Shown piece by piece: positions 45,671 to 55,229 of a stretch of 64,000 bases of DNA; the stretch's first letter is position 1; each line of letters begins with the position of its first letter. The DNA is from Bacteroidota bacterium (GTDB lineage: Bacteria; Bacteroidota; Bacteroidia; Flavobacteriales_D; Sanyastnellaceae): contig JBJOFG010000014.1 in the NCBI GenBank assembly GCA_046048875.1, positions 110,865 to 174,864 on the forward strand, written 5' to 3'. The position numbers were made by a program, and so were the translations under genes. The notes below the pieces were generated by a model. The model had not been told where the DNA came from and did not search any database. It saw only the letters and a list, made by a program, of their open reading frames with translations.

Positions 45671-46852
45671 TTATTTTAATTCTGAAAGGGCATGCCATGC
45701 GAGCAATCCCATTCCAATTTTTAATGCATTTTCATTGACAGCAAATTTGCTGTTGTGAACCGGGGCATTCCAAGTTCCGTCTTGATTGGAAGTTCCTAAT
45801 CGATAGAAACAACCTGGCATGTGTTGAGAATAATAAGCGAAATCTTCTGCTGTCGTTCGCATATCTAAATCAACAACATTCTCTTCCCCTAAGTATTCCT
45901 TGGCCTGCGCAATAGCGCGTTCAGTTAATTCCGGATTATTATATACAACGGGATATCCTTTTTCAATGCGGAAGTCAATATCACCACCCATTCCTTCCAC
46001 CAATCCTTTTGAAAGAGAAATTATTTTTTCATGAGCCAAGGTTCTCCAAGATTCAGAAAATGTGCGGAAGGTGCCTTCCAATTTTACTTCGTTCGGAATA
46101 ATATTCGTAGCACCGTTGCCAATTATTTTTCCGAAGGAAAGAACTGTTGGCATTTGCGGATTGCTCCATCTTGAAACAACTTGTTGCAATGCAATAAGTA
46201 AATGTGAGGCGATTAAAATGGGGTCAATGCATTGGTCGGGCTTGGCGCCATGTCCGCCTTTTCCTTTTATCGTAACATACAGCTCATCGGTAGAAGCCAT
46301 GTATGCTCCTGCACGATAGCCAACCTTCCCAGCAGGCAATTCAGGAAAGACATGCTGTCCAAATATCCCGTCGGGTTTTTTGTCTTGAAACAATCCGTCC
46401 TTCATCATGAGCAATGCACCTCCTGGTAACACCTCTTCAGCAGGTTGAAAGACAAGTGTTACTGTTCCACCCCACTGAGATTTTGTTTCATTCAAAATTT
46501 TAGCAGCGCCTAGAAGAGAAGAGGTATGCACATCGTGTCCACACGCATGCATAACACCGCTCACAGTGCTTTTAAACGGAAGGTCGTTGTCTTCATGAAT
46601 GGGAAGAGCGTCCATATCTCCACGAAGTGCAATTGTTTTCTCTGAAGGAATCGCACCAACGATTTCTGCACGAATTCCATAACCGCCAATGTTTTCGGTG
46701 TAAGGAATTCCCCATTCAGCAAGGTGTTTTGCTACGAATGCTGATGTGTTTTTTTCTTGATAAGACAATTCTGGATTCGCATGAATGTGTCTGCGAATAG
46801 AAGTGATCTCTTCAAAATATTTTTCAGAAAGTTCTTTAATCAGCTCTTTCAT
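45671..46852 (-). CDS. M20D family amidohydrolase (N-acyl-amino-acid deacylase-like)
   Basis: About 393 aa. MHACGHD and QPAEE motifs. ATG 46852 forms an ATGA overlap with the upstream gene. Confidence 0.85.
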   Translation of the reverse strand: MKELIKELSEKYFEEITSIRRHIHANPELSYQEKNTSAFVAKHLAEWGIPYTENIGGYGIRAEIVGAIPSEKTIALRGDMDALPIHEDNDLPFKSTVSGVMHACGHDVHTSSLLGAAKILNETKSQWGGTVTLVFQPAEEVLPGGALLMMKDGLFQDKKPDGIFGQHVFPELPAGKVGYRAGAYMASTDELYVTIKGKGGHGAKPDQCIDPILIASHLLIALQQVVSRWSNPQMPTVLSFGKIIGNGATNIIPNEVKLEGTFRTFSESWRTLAHEKIISLSKGLVEGMGGDIDFRIEKGYPVVYNNPELTERAIAQAKEYLGEENVVDLDMRTTAEDFAYYSQHMPGCFYRLGTSNQDGTWNAPVHNSKFAVNENALKIGMGLLAWHALSELK

Positions 46853-47232
46853 GGCGCGCAATCGCATTTAGTTTTTTCACCTTCACGACTTGCTTCTGCA
46901 ACCGTTACCGTAGAGTCGGTGCACAGGATTATATAATTCACGTTGTTGTGTGAAAGGAAATAACGCTTAGGGTTATTTTGTGCATCTGATTTCGAAAAAT
47001 CTACCTCACCTTGCCATTTCGCTGTTTCAAAATTTTCCATGGAGATACCCTGACAATCCATTCTGCATTTGCCGTGATTCGTTACCAAAGTTTTTGATGC
47101 TTGAATCTGTTTCATGATTTGCTTTCCGGGCATCCACCCTAACCAATCGTAGTTTGGGAACATCATAAACACAAGCAAGCAACCAATGGTTAAACCCGTT
47201 GCAAAAAGTAAAAGTCTTCTTCGAAATTTCAT
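46849..47232 (-). CDS. membrane-anchored small protein, possibly DUF4258-like
   Basis: 127 aa from ATG 47232. One N-terminal TM segment. HGKCRMDCQGIS resembles the H..RM..RGIS motif I recall for DUF4258. Six Cys residues. Confidence 0.35.
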   Translation of the reverse strand: MKFRRRLLLFATGLTIGCLLVFMMFPNYDWLGWMPGKQIMKQIQASKTLVTNHGKCRMDCQGISMENFETAKWQGEVDFSKSDAQNNPKRYFLSHNNVNYIILCTDSTVTVAEASREGEKTKCDCAP

Positions 47233-47296
47233 GGTCTTCAGATTCCCACAAAAGTGCATAAAATTTCCGAGTTAGCCATTAACTTAGTGGCCAATT

Positions 47297-47944
47297 ATGG
47301 CAATCATTCAAACAACTAATCTTCAATACTCTTTTTCGAAAGGCCCTCGTTTGATTTTCCCTTCATTTCAAGCAGAAGAAAGCAGCGAGTTGTTGATTTT
47401 AGGAAACAGTGGAACGGGAAAAACAACGCTATTGCATCTGTTGGCTGGATTAAGAAAACCAACCGAAGGTGAAGTAGAGGTTAATGGTGTTCGGTTAAGT
47501 TCTTTAAGCGGGGCTTCATTGGATCGTTTTCGAGGAAAGAACATTGGCGTTGTTTTTCAAACATCGCATTTCGTTCAATCACTTTCTGTACTCGATAACA
47601 TTTTGTTGGCACCGTATTTTTCAGCGAATAAGGTATCGAAATCTGATGCTGAAAAAATGTTAGACCGACTCAATATTCTTTCGAAAAAAAATAAGAAGAC
47701 TTCTACCCTAAGTGTTGGAGAACAGCAACGCGTTGCCATTGCACGTGCGCTTTTAAACAACCCTTCACTCATTTTAGCCGATGAACCAACGAGTGCCTTG
47801 GACGACGAGAATGCTATGGAAGTTCTGAATCTGTTGAGAGAACAAACGTATTCATTGAAGGCGGCCTTGCTCATTGTTACCCACGACAATCGCTTGAAAG
47901 ACGAAGTGAAGCAGCGTATTGAATTAACCGCATCTAAATCTTAA
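47297..47944 (+). CDS. ABC transporter ATP-binding protein (MacB/LolD/FtsE-like)
   Basis: Walker A GNSGTGKTT, signature LSVGEQQRV, Walker B LILADEPTSALD. Confidence 0.9.
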   Translation: MAIIQTTNLQYSFSKGPRLIFPSFQAEESSELLILGNSGTGKTTLLHLLAGLRKPTEGEVEVNGVRLSSLSGASLDRFRGKNIGVVFQTSHFVQSLSVLDNILLAPYFSANKVSKSDAEKMLDRLNILSKKNKKTSTLSVGEQQRVAIARALLNNPSLILADEPTSALDDENAMEVLNLLREQTYSLKAALLIVTHDNRLKDEVKQRIELTASKS

Positions 47945-47956
47945 GTTCCATTCAAC

Positions 47957-49303
47957 ATGAAAATTATATTTATTGCATGGAAAAATTGCTGGCAAAAAGC
48001 AGGAGCAACCACTTTAACACTTTTGCTTTTGTCATTCGGAGTTGGAATTATTTCAATGATGTTGTTGTTGGAAAATCAACTGAGTGAAAAATTCAACAAG
48101 AATATTAAGGATATTGATTTTGTCCTAGGAGCAAAGGGAAGTCCACTTCAACTCATCTTAGCCAACGTTTATCACATTGACGCGCCAACTGGAAATATCA
48201 AAGTTTCTGAAGCCCAAAAAATCATTAAAAATCCGACGGTAAAAGAAGCCATTCCATTGGCGTATGGAGATAATTACGAAGGTTGGAGAATCGTTGGAAC
48301 AACTCCACGTTATGCCGAATTTTATGGGGTGAAGTTGAAAGAAGGAAAAATCTTTGAAACACCATTTGAAGTTACTGTTGGTTCTTATGCTGCGAAAGAA
48401 TTAGGCTTGAAGCTCGGACAGACTTTCAAAAGCAATCATGGTTTAGACAAGGAAGGAGAAGAGGAGGAAGGACATGATCAATTGTTTACTGTTGTAGGAA
48501 TTTATGAGACGAGCGGAACGGTTATCGACCGCTTAATCTTGACGCCTGTTGAATCTATTTGGGAAGTACACGATCACGGTGATCACGAAGAGACAGCGCA
48601 TGGGGGAATTGTCTCCGCTGAAGAGCACGACGCGGAACATACGGAAGAAGAAGACGATCACGAGCATGATCATGAGGTAGCAAGTGAACATCACGATCAC
48701 GAAACAGAGCATGCAGATGAGGATGAACTCGGGCATGAAGAGGAGCACGCACACGAAGAAGAGCGCGAGGTTACGGCTTACCTGCTAATCAAACGTTTGC
48801 CAATGGCACCCATGATTCTACCGCAATTGGTGAAGAACACAAACATGCAGTTGGCATTGCCTGCCATTGAAATCAATCGCTTGAATGAAAACTTCGGAAT
48901 AGGCATGAGTGTGGTGAAAGCTGTGGCAATTCTTATCATGATTATTTCGTTCTTAAGCGTATTCATTTCCTTGTTCAATGCTTTGCGCGAAAGACAATAC
49001 GAATTAGCAATTCTTCGAACTTTAGGTGGAAGAAGAATTCAATTGTTTGTTCTCATTTTATTGGAAGGTTTCTTCATGGTGGCGTTAGGACTAATCATAG
49101 GGTTAGTTCTAAGCCGCATTGGAATTACGATGCTTTCAGACATGGCGAAGGATAGTTTTCACGACGAGTTCAATGCATTCATGTTTCTTCCACAAGAATA
49201 TTATTTGGTCGGAATTACCTTGGGTCTTGGTGTGGTGGCATCGTTGTTGCCTGCAGTGCGTGCGTTCTTTATGGATATTTCAAAAACACTTTCAAATGAT
49301 TAA
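47957..49303 (+). CDS. FtsX/MacB-type ABC permease with a His/Glu/Asp-rich insertion in the extracytoplasmic domain
   Basis: 448 aa. TM1 at aa ~17-38, a large loop, then three C-terminal TM helices (FtsX-like layout). Confidence 0.8.
   Translation: MKIIFIAWKNCWQKAGATTLTLLLLSFGVGIISMMLLLENQLSEKFNKNIKDIDFVLGAKGSPLQLILANVYHIDAPTGNIKVSEAQKIIKNPTVKEAIPLAYGDNYEGWRIVGTTPRYAEFYGVKLKEGKIFETPFEVTVGSYAAKELGLKLGQTFKSNHGLDKEGEEEEGHDQLFTVVGIYETSGTVIDRLILTPVESIWEVHDHGDHEETAHGGIVSAEEHDAEHTEEEDDHEHDHEVASEHHDHETEHADEDELGHEEEHAHEEEREVTAYLLIKRLPMAPMILPQLVKNTNMQLALPAIEINRLNENFGIGMSVVKAVAILIMIISFLSVFISLFNALRERQYELAILRTLGGRRIQLFVLILLEGFFMVALGLIIGLVLSRIGITMLSDMAKDSFHDEFNAFMFLPQEYYLVGITLGLGVVASLLPAVRAFFMDISKTLSND
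48563..48766 (+). other. histidine/acidic-rich low-complexity segment (16 His in ~62 residues) within the permease loop
   Basis: Translation EVHDHGDHEETAHGGIVSAEEHDAEHTEEEDDHEHDHEVASEHHDHETEHADEDELGHEEEHAHEEE, counted by hand. Confidence 0.9.
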
Positions 49304-49835
49304 GTCTGTTAAAATAGTAGTCTTTTTTTTCGCAGGAATCTTGTTCTTGAATGCCTCTGAAGGCAACCAGAAATTAAAGGCTCATGCGTACAAAAGAGTA
49401 GAGTTGGGAACTGTGCCAAGTACAATTGTTCCATATTTACCTGAAGGACAAGGCCCCATTGAAATTACATGGAAGACTTTAGCAGATGTTACATACAAGG
49501 ATATATATGTGAAAGAGCTAGACGCCTATTATTGGAAGCCAACATTTGGTGCGTCGGTAAAAGCTGTAGCAGGAAAAGAAGTTTTCATAACCGGATATTT
49601 AATCCCTGTAGATTATGACGCTGGATTTTATGTGGTATCGAAATACCCCTATGCGAATTGTTTCTTCTGCGGAGGCGGAGGCCCTGAATCGGTTGTTGAT
49701 TTGCGTTTTGTTGGCAAGCATCGCAACTACAAAACAGATGAGCGTTTAACCTTTAAGGGCAAATTGAAGTTGAATGCCGATGATGTATATCAAATGAACT
49801 ACATCTTGGAAGGTGCTGTAGAATTTACTCCTTGA
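49296..49835 (+). CDS. secreted DUF3299-like protein with a CFFCGGGG motif (ABC system accessory)
   Basis: 179 aa from ATG 49296, overlapping the permease stop by 8 nt. Signal-anchor N-terminus. The layout (ITGYLIPVD ... ANCFFCGGGGPESVV) matches my recollection of DUF3299. The upstream part of the 49119 ORF was rejected. Confidence 0.45.
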   Translation: MIKSVKIVVFFFAGILFLNASEGNQKLKAHAYKRVELGTVPSTIVPYLPEGQGPIEITWKTLADVTYKDIYVKELDAYYWKPTFGASVKAVAGKEVFITGYLIPVDYDAGFYVVSKYPYANCFFCGGGGPESVVDLRFVGKHRNYKTDERLTFKGKLKLNADDVYQMNYILEGAVEFTP

Positions 49836-49854
49836 TTTTTTTTATGTTGAAATA

Positions 49855-49882
49855 AAAATGGCGACCATAGGTCGCCATTTTT
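49855..49882. terminator. bidirectional rho-independent terminator between the convergent ABC operon and groEL
   Basis: AAAATGGCGACC-ata-GGTCGCCATTTT. Confidence 0.85.
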
Positions 49883-49901
49883 CATTCCGATAGTTTTGGA
49901 A

Positions 49902-51536
<1,635 letters not shown>

Positions 51537-51550
51537 CTAAATTTTAAAAA

Positions 51551-51826
51551 TTAAACAATTGCAAAAATGTCCGACTCGCGCATGATCAAAAGATCTTTTC
51601 CGTCTACGCTAATCTCTGTTCCGGCATACTTGCCATAAAGAATGGTGTCGCCTGGTTTCACCGTTGTTGGCTCGTCTTTTTTTCCAGGTCCAACAGCGAT
51701 TACTGTTCCTCTTTGAGGTTTTTCTTTCGCCGTTTCAGGAATAATAATTCCAGAAAGGGTAGTGGTTTCAGCAGCGGCTGGCTCTACTAAAACGCGATCT
51801 CCTAATGGTCTAACGTTATTTGACAT
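51551..51826 (-). CDS. groS: co-chaperonin GroES
   Basis: 91 aa. RPLGDRVLV, mobile loop, [13 protein letters not shown]. Confidence 0.97.
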   Translation of the reverse strand: MSNNVRPLGDRVLVEPAAAETTTLSGIIIPETAKEKPQRGTVIAVGPGKKDEPTTVKPGDTILYGKYAGTEISVDGKDLLIMRESDIFAIV

Positions 51827-51844
51827 GTTTGTTTGTTTTTAAAG

Positions 51845-51876
51845 TTTGTGCCCAACGTAGTCACTATTTGTGCCAA
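51845..51876 (-). promoter_or_regulatory. direct repeat TTGGCACAAA / TGGGCACAAA (22-nt period) upstream of groES
   Basis: The plus strand shows TTTGTGCCCA at 51845-51854 and TTTGTGCCAA at 51867-51876. The proximal copy ends 19 nt from the groES ATG. Function unknown. Confidence 0.3.
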
Positions 51877-51920
51877 GCGGACATTTGATGAATTAGTGTG
51901 AATTTTCGTCAGTAAAGGAC

Positions 51921-51953
51921 AAAAAAAATGTCAGTAGTTTGAATTACTGACAT
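51921..51953 (-). terminator. rho-independent terminator after secG
   Basis: ATGTCAGTA-N8-TACTGACAT followed by T7 on the minus strand. Confidence 0.75.
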
Positions 51954-51975
51954 TCTTAAAATGCTATTGTGACAA

Positions 51976-52287
51976 TTATTGTCCTTGTTGCTGTTGGTCA
52001 CCACCTTGTTGTTGGCCACCTTCTGCTTGCTCTGTTTGTTGCTCTTCTTCAGTTGCTGGACGCGCAGAAGTAGAAAGACTTGTAGAGGCCAAGCAAAGAA
52101 CGAAAAGAGCTACACCTAAGTACCAAGTTGCTTTTTCTAAAAAATCTGCAGTGCGCTTAACGCCGCCTATTTGCGCGCTACCCGCGAATCCTGATGATAA
52201 TCCACCACCTTTAGGATTTTGAATTAATACTACCAATCCAAGTAGAAGTGCTGCGATTACGATTAAAACGGTTACGATAAATTCCAT
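51976..52287 (-). CDS. secG: preprotein translocase subunit SecG with a Gln-rich C-terminal tail
   Basis: 103 aa. Two TM helices with the LIQNPKGGGL loop typical of SecG. The tail is EEEQQTEQAEGGQQQGGDQQQQGQ. Confidence 0.8.
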   Translation of the reverse strand: MEFIVTVLIVIAALLLGLVVLIQNPKGGGLSSGFAGSAQIGGVKRTADFLEKATWYLGVALFVLCLASTSLSTSARPATEEEQQTEQAEGGQQQGGDQQQQGQ

Positions 52288-52310
52288 GATCTATTAAAAT
52301 TTGAGGTCCA

Positions 52311-52318
52311 CAAAGATA
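52311..52318 (-). promoter_or_regulatory. candidate -7 box (TAnnTTTG) for secG
   Basis: The reverse complement is TATCTTTG, 24 nt upstream of ATG 52287. Confidence 0.35.
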
Positions 52319-52350
52319 CACGATTTCAAGGAGTAACAAAGGAAGAACCT

Positions 52351-53445
52351 TTATTTTCTTTGGTTTAAGGCTTTCAATTGATTTTCAAAGTGAATTTTTT
52401 TCTCTGGATGAAGTTGAATGAGTCGCTTGTATGCTTTGCGGGCACGATCTATTTTTCCTTGCGCGGCATACAATTTAGCCATGGTTTCTGTCACCCAATC
52501 GAAGTTCTCTTCTAAACTGTCTTTTGCAAAACTTACGCCTGTGTATTGCTCAACTTTCCCAGGTGTTATGCGTGGTTCGGCAGCAATGAATTTTTCGATT
52601 AAATCTATCGAAGGCTGAACTGCCTCATTTGACTGTCTTACCTTTTCTTCCCTTCTCTTATCTTCTTTTACCTCAATACTTATCTGTTCTTCCCCTTTAT
52701 TAACCTCTCTTATCTCTTCTTTTATCTCCTCATCACTTTCCTCCGAATCGCTCACACTTCTCAACCAGGTGAACAACGGATTGCTCTCTCCCTCTTCCGC
52801 AGGACCTTGCGCGGCATCTTGTGCAACATCTTTCGTAGAATCTTGCGCAGTATCTTGCTCTTCATCCGCTTCACTTACCTCTAAAAAAATCGAACTCGAA
52901 ACGGCCGTCGCTAAAATGGATTTGTCTAAAAAGTCTAACTCTCTGACCTCTTCTTCCCCTTTCTTATCCTCCCTTAACTCAATACTTTCCTCTTCTTCCC
53001 CTCTCTCATCTTCTCTTACCTCTATTTTTTCCCCTCTCTTATCCTCTCTTACCTCAATACTTACTGCTTCATCTAACATTGATTCAGCGAGTTGGGAAAG
53101 CGAAGTTGAAGGCGAAATCTCTTTTGCGGTAGGTGTTTCAATGACCTCTGCAACAGTTTCAATTGGAAGGTTCTCGACTGTTTCGGTAGGTTCTTGTTTA
53201 CGCAGAATAGGTTCTTTTAAAAAGCCGTACAGCCAACTCCTATTCGAATGAAGTGTTGATGCCAAAGCAATTTGGCCAGAGGTTTTATGACTGTTGTTAT
53301 CCTGATATGCTTTCGCTAAATAGGAGTGAGCCAAACTGAACCATGGATAGTTTTTGGTAATCGTTTCAAGTTCTTCAATAGGCATAGAGGCCAACAAATG
53401 TGGCGACTTAAGAAGCTCATTGAATTGTATGTTTTCCATTACCAA
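52351..53445 (-). CDS. hypothetical protein with an acidic tandem-repeat core and a C-terminal TPR-like helix pair
   Basis: 364 aa. Conserved-looking N-terminus (YPWFSLAHSYLAKAY) and C-terminus (MAKLYAAQGKIDRARKAYKRLIQLHPEK). The middle is Glu/Asp/Lys-rich. Confidence 0.6.
   Translation of the reverse strand: MVMENIQFNELLKSPHLLASMPIEELETITKNYPWFSLAHSYLAKAYQDNNSHKTSGQIALASTLHSNRSWLYGFLKEPILRKQEPTETVENLPIETVAEVIETPTAKEISPSTSLSQLAESMLDEAVSIEVREDKRGEKIEVREDERGEEEESIELREDKKGEEEVRELDFLDKSILATAVSSSIFLEVSEADEEQDTAQDSTKDVAQDAAQGPAEEGESNPLFTWLRSVSDSEESDEEIKEEIREVNKGEEQISIEVKEDKRREEKVRQSNEAVQPSIDLIEKFIAAEPRITPGKVEQYTGVSFAKDSLEENFDWVTETMAKLYAAQGKIDRARKAYKRLIQLHPEKKIHFENQLKALNQRK
52636..53061 (-). repeat. 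in-frame degenerate tandem repeats encoding (S)IEVREDKRGEE-type units (3 adjacent copies + 1 distal copy)
   Basis: aa 129-169 read SIEVREDKRGEK/IEVREDERGEEEE/SIELREDKKGEEEVRE, and aa 255-269 read ISIEVKEDKRREEKV. The nucleotide repeats are visible as CT-rich runs on the plus strand. Confidence 0.7.
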
Positions 53446-53939
53446 TTTCCTACGCTAGCGTTGTAAATTTCTTGAGCAAGCTGTTCATTAATCTGTTTCC
53501 ACAAGTCTTCTTGAACAGCGAATAAACTTTCTGTTGCAGAGAAGTCTGCGAATTTCGTGAATGATTTCTCAAAATTCAAATCGGGCTCTAAAGTATTCGT
53601 GTACTTGATTTTTACAGTGATTGAAAGTCTGGTTAGCGACGCTGTTTCATTGCTTTGAATAGCTACAGGCGCAACCACGTAGTTGGTTACACTTCCTTCA
53701 AATTGTAAATCGCCATTTGATTCGCTCAACGACAACGGACTTTGTGAAAGCATAACGTCTTTCAAGTCTTCAGTAAGTCTTTGGGAATAGGTGGGTGATG
53801 CAAGCGCTGTCTGCGGTTTGAGGTAGGATACAGAAAAAGTTTTTGCTCCGCTGAATTGACCGCCACTAAAGGAATATCTGATTTCACACGAAGTGAAAAG
53901 CAGTATCATAAGCAGTAGTCCAACGGTATACTTTTTCAT
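53439..53939 (-). CDS. lptE: LptE-family LPS-assembly lipoprotein
   Basis: 166 aa. Lipobox LFTSC. Size and context (downstream of the sigma-54 activator, upstream of secG) are typical of Bacteroidota lptE. Confidence 0.6.
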   Translation of the reverse strand: MKKYTVGLLLMILLFTSCEIRYSFSGGQFSGAKTFSVSYLKPQTALASPTYSQRLTEDLKDVMLSQSPLSLSESNGDLQFEGSVTNYVVAPVAIQSNETASLTRLSITVKIKYTNTLEPDLNFEKSFTKFADFSATESLFAVQEDLWKQINEQLAQEIYNASVGNW

Positions 53940-55165
53940 TTACCTAAATCGTATTCTTTGATTTTTCTGTACAAGGTGCGCTCTGAAATTCCGAGTTCTT
54001 GTGCAGCATATTTTCTTCTGTTTCTGTGTTTTTGTAGCGCCTTTTTGATTAAGTCTTTTTCAGTTTGACTTAATGAAAGCGATTCTTCAACATCTTCTTC
54101 GTCGGAACTGCTTCCGCTTCCCAAATGTATGATATTACTCGGAGGATTCATACGTACAGGCAAATCTGAATTCTCGTGTTCTTCGGCTTGAAAAACTTTT
54201 TGAAACAATGCAGCGTTTTCATCCGAGTTAACAAATCCATTTCCACTTTGAATCATTCCCAGAACCAATTTTTTCAAATCGGTCAAGTCGTTACGCATGT
54301 CGAATAAAACCTTGTATAAAATTTCTCTCTCACTGAAATCGTTACCTGAACTTCCTCCCATGAAAACCGGCTTGTTTGTGGCCATATCTTGCGGAAGATA
54401 GCGAATGAGCATCTCTGGAGTCACCACTCGTTCAGTTTCTAAAATACTGATTTGTTCGGTGATATTCTTGAGTTGACGAATGTTTCCAGGCCAGCGGTAT
54501 TCGCGAAGGGCGTGTGCACCTGATTCTGTTAGTTGTAAGACAGGAATGCGGTAGCGTTCAGCGAAGTCTGTTGCGAATTTTTTAAAGAGCAATTCGATAT
54601 CCGATCCACGTTCGCGCAGGGCGGGCATGAAAATCGGCACTTGATTCAAACGGTAATAAAGGTCGTCTCGGAACTTTCCGTTTTGAATGGCTTGCGCGAA
54701 ATTCACATTAGTAGCAGCCACTACGCGCACATTAGTTTTCTGAACTTTCGAAGAACCTACGCGAATGAATTCGCCCGTTTCTAAAACACGTAACAAGCGA
54801 ACCTGCGTTCCGAGTGGAAGTTCAGCAACCTCATCCAAGAAAATAGTTCCGTCGTTCGCCTCTTCAAAATATCCTTTGCGGCTCTCGTGAGCGCCAGTAA
54901 ATGATCCTTTTTCGTGTCCAAATAATTCGCTGTCGATGGTGCCTTCTGGAATCGCTCCGCAGTTGACCGCAATGTAGGGTCCGTGCTTACGAGAGCTCAG
55001 GTGATGGATGATTTTCGGAATACTTTCTTTACCAACCCCGCTTTCTCCGGTTATTAAAACCGACATATTGGTGGCAGCAACTTGTGTGGCAATGTCCAAA
55101 GCACGATTGAGTGCAGGCGCATTACCAATAATTCCGTAACGTGTTTTAACAGATTGAATTTCCAT
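53936..55165 (-). CDS. sigma-54-dependent transcriptional activator lacking an N-terminal sensory/receiver domain
   Basis: 409 aa. The AAA+ domain starts at about residue 10 (Walker A GESGVGKE, GSFTGA = GAFTGA loop, Walker B IFLDEV). C-terminal Fis-type HTH (AAQELGISERTLYRKIKEY). Confidence 0.9.
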   Translation of the reverse strand: MEIQSVKTRYGIIGNAPALNRALDIATQVAATNMSVLITGESGVGKESIPKIIHHLSSRKHGPYIAVNCGAIPEGTIDSELFGHEKGSFTGAHESRKGYFEEANDGTIFLDEVAELPLGTQVRLLRVLETGEFIRVGSSKVQKTNVRVVAATNVNFAQAIQNGKFRDDLYYRLNQVPIFMPALRERGSDIELLFKKFATDFAERYRIPVLQLTESGAHALREYRWPGNIRQLKNITEQISILETERVVTPEMLIRYLPQDMATNKPVFMGGSSGNDFSEREILYKVLFDMRNDLTDLKKLVLGMIQSGNGFVNSDENAALFQKVFQAEEHENSDLPVRMNPPSNIIHLGSGSSSDEEDVEESLSLSQTEKDLIKKALQKHRNRRKYAAQELGISERTLYRKIKEYDLGK

Positions 55166-55190
55166 AGTTGCCGATTAGTCAAGAACTAAA

Positions 55191-55198
55191 CAAAGGTA
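55191..55198 (-). promoter_or_regulatory. candidate -7 box (TAnnTTTG) for the sigma-54 activator gene
   Basis: The reverse complement is TACCTTTG, 26 nt upstream of ATG 55165. Confidence 0.35.
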
Positions 55199-55229
55199 GT
55201 TTAGAATGACATTCTGTCATGCTGAAAAA

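Noticed and set aside
49119-49295. Upstream 59 codons of ORF 49119..49835
   Set aside because: This part overlaps the last TM helices of the FtsX permease in another frame. The signal-anchor N-terminus MIKSVKIVVFFFAG starts at ATG 49296.
51845-51880. Sigma-54 (-24/-12) promoter or CIRCE operator upstream of groES
   Set aside because: TTGGCAC is present, but the -12 position reads GTGA instead of TTGC at the required spacing. No CIRCE inverted repeat is present. It is kept only as an unexplained direct repeat.
52636-53061. Repeated CT-rich units that could suggest a CRISPR-like or other noncoding repeat array
   Set aside because: The units are short, degenerate, in frame and translated as IEVREDKRGEE repeats. 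There are no unique spacers of constant length and no cas genes.
52769-53251. 160-aa Ser/Leu-rich plus-strand ORF
   Set aside because: It is the mirror image of the acidic repeat region of the minus-strand gene (GAA/GAG repeats read as TTC/CTC). It has no start context.
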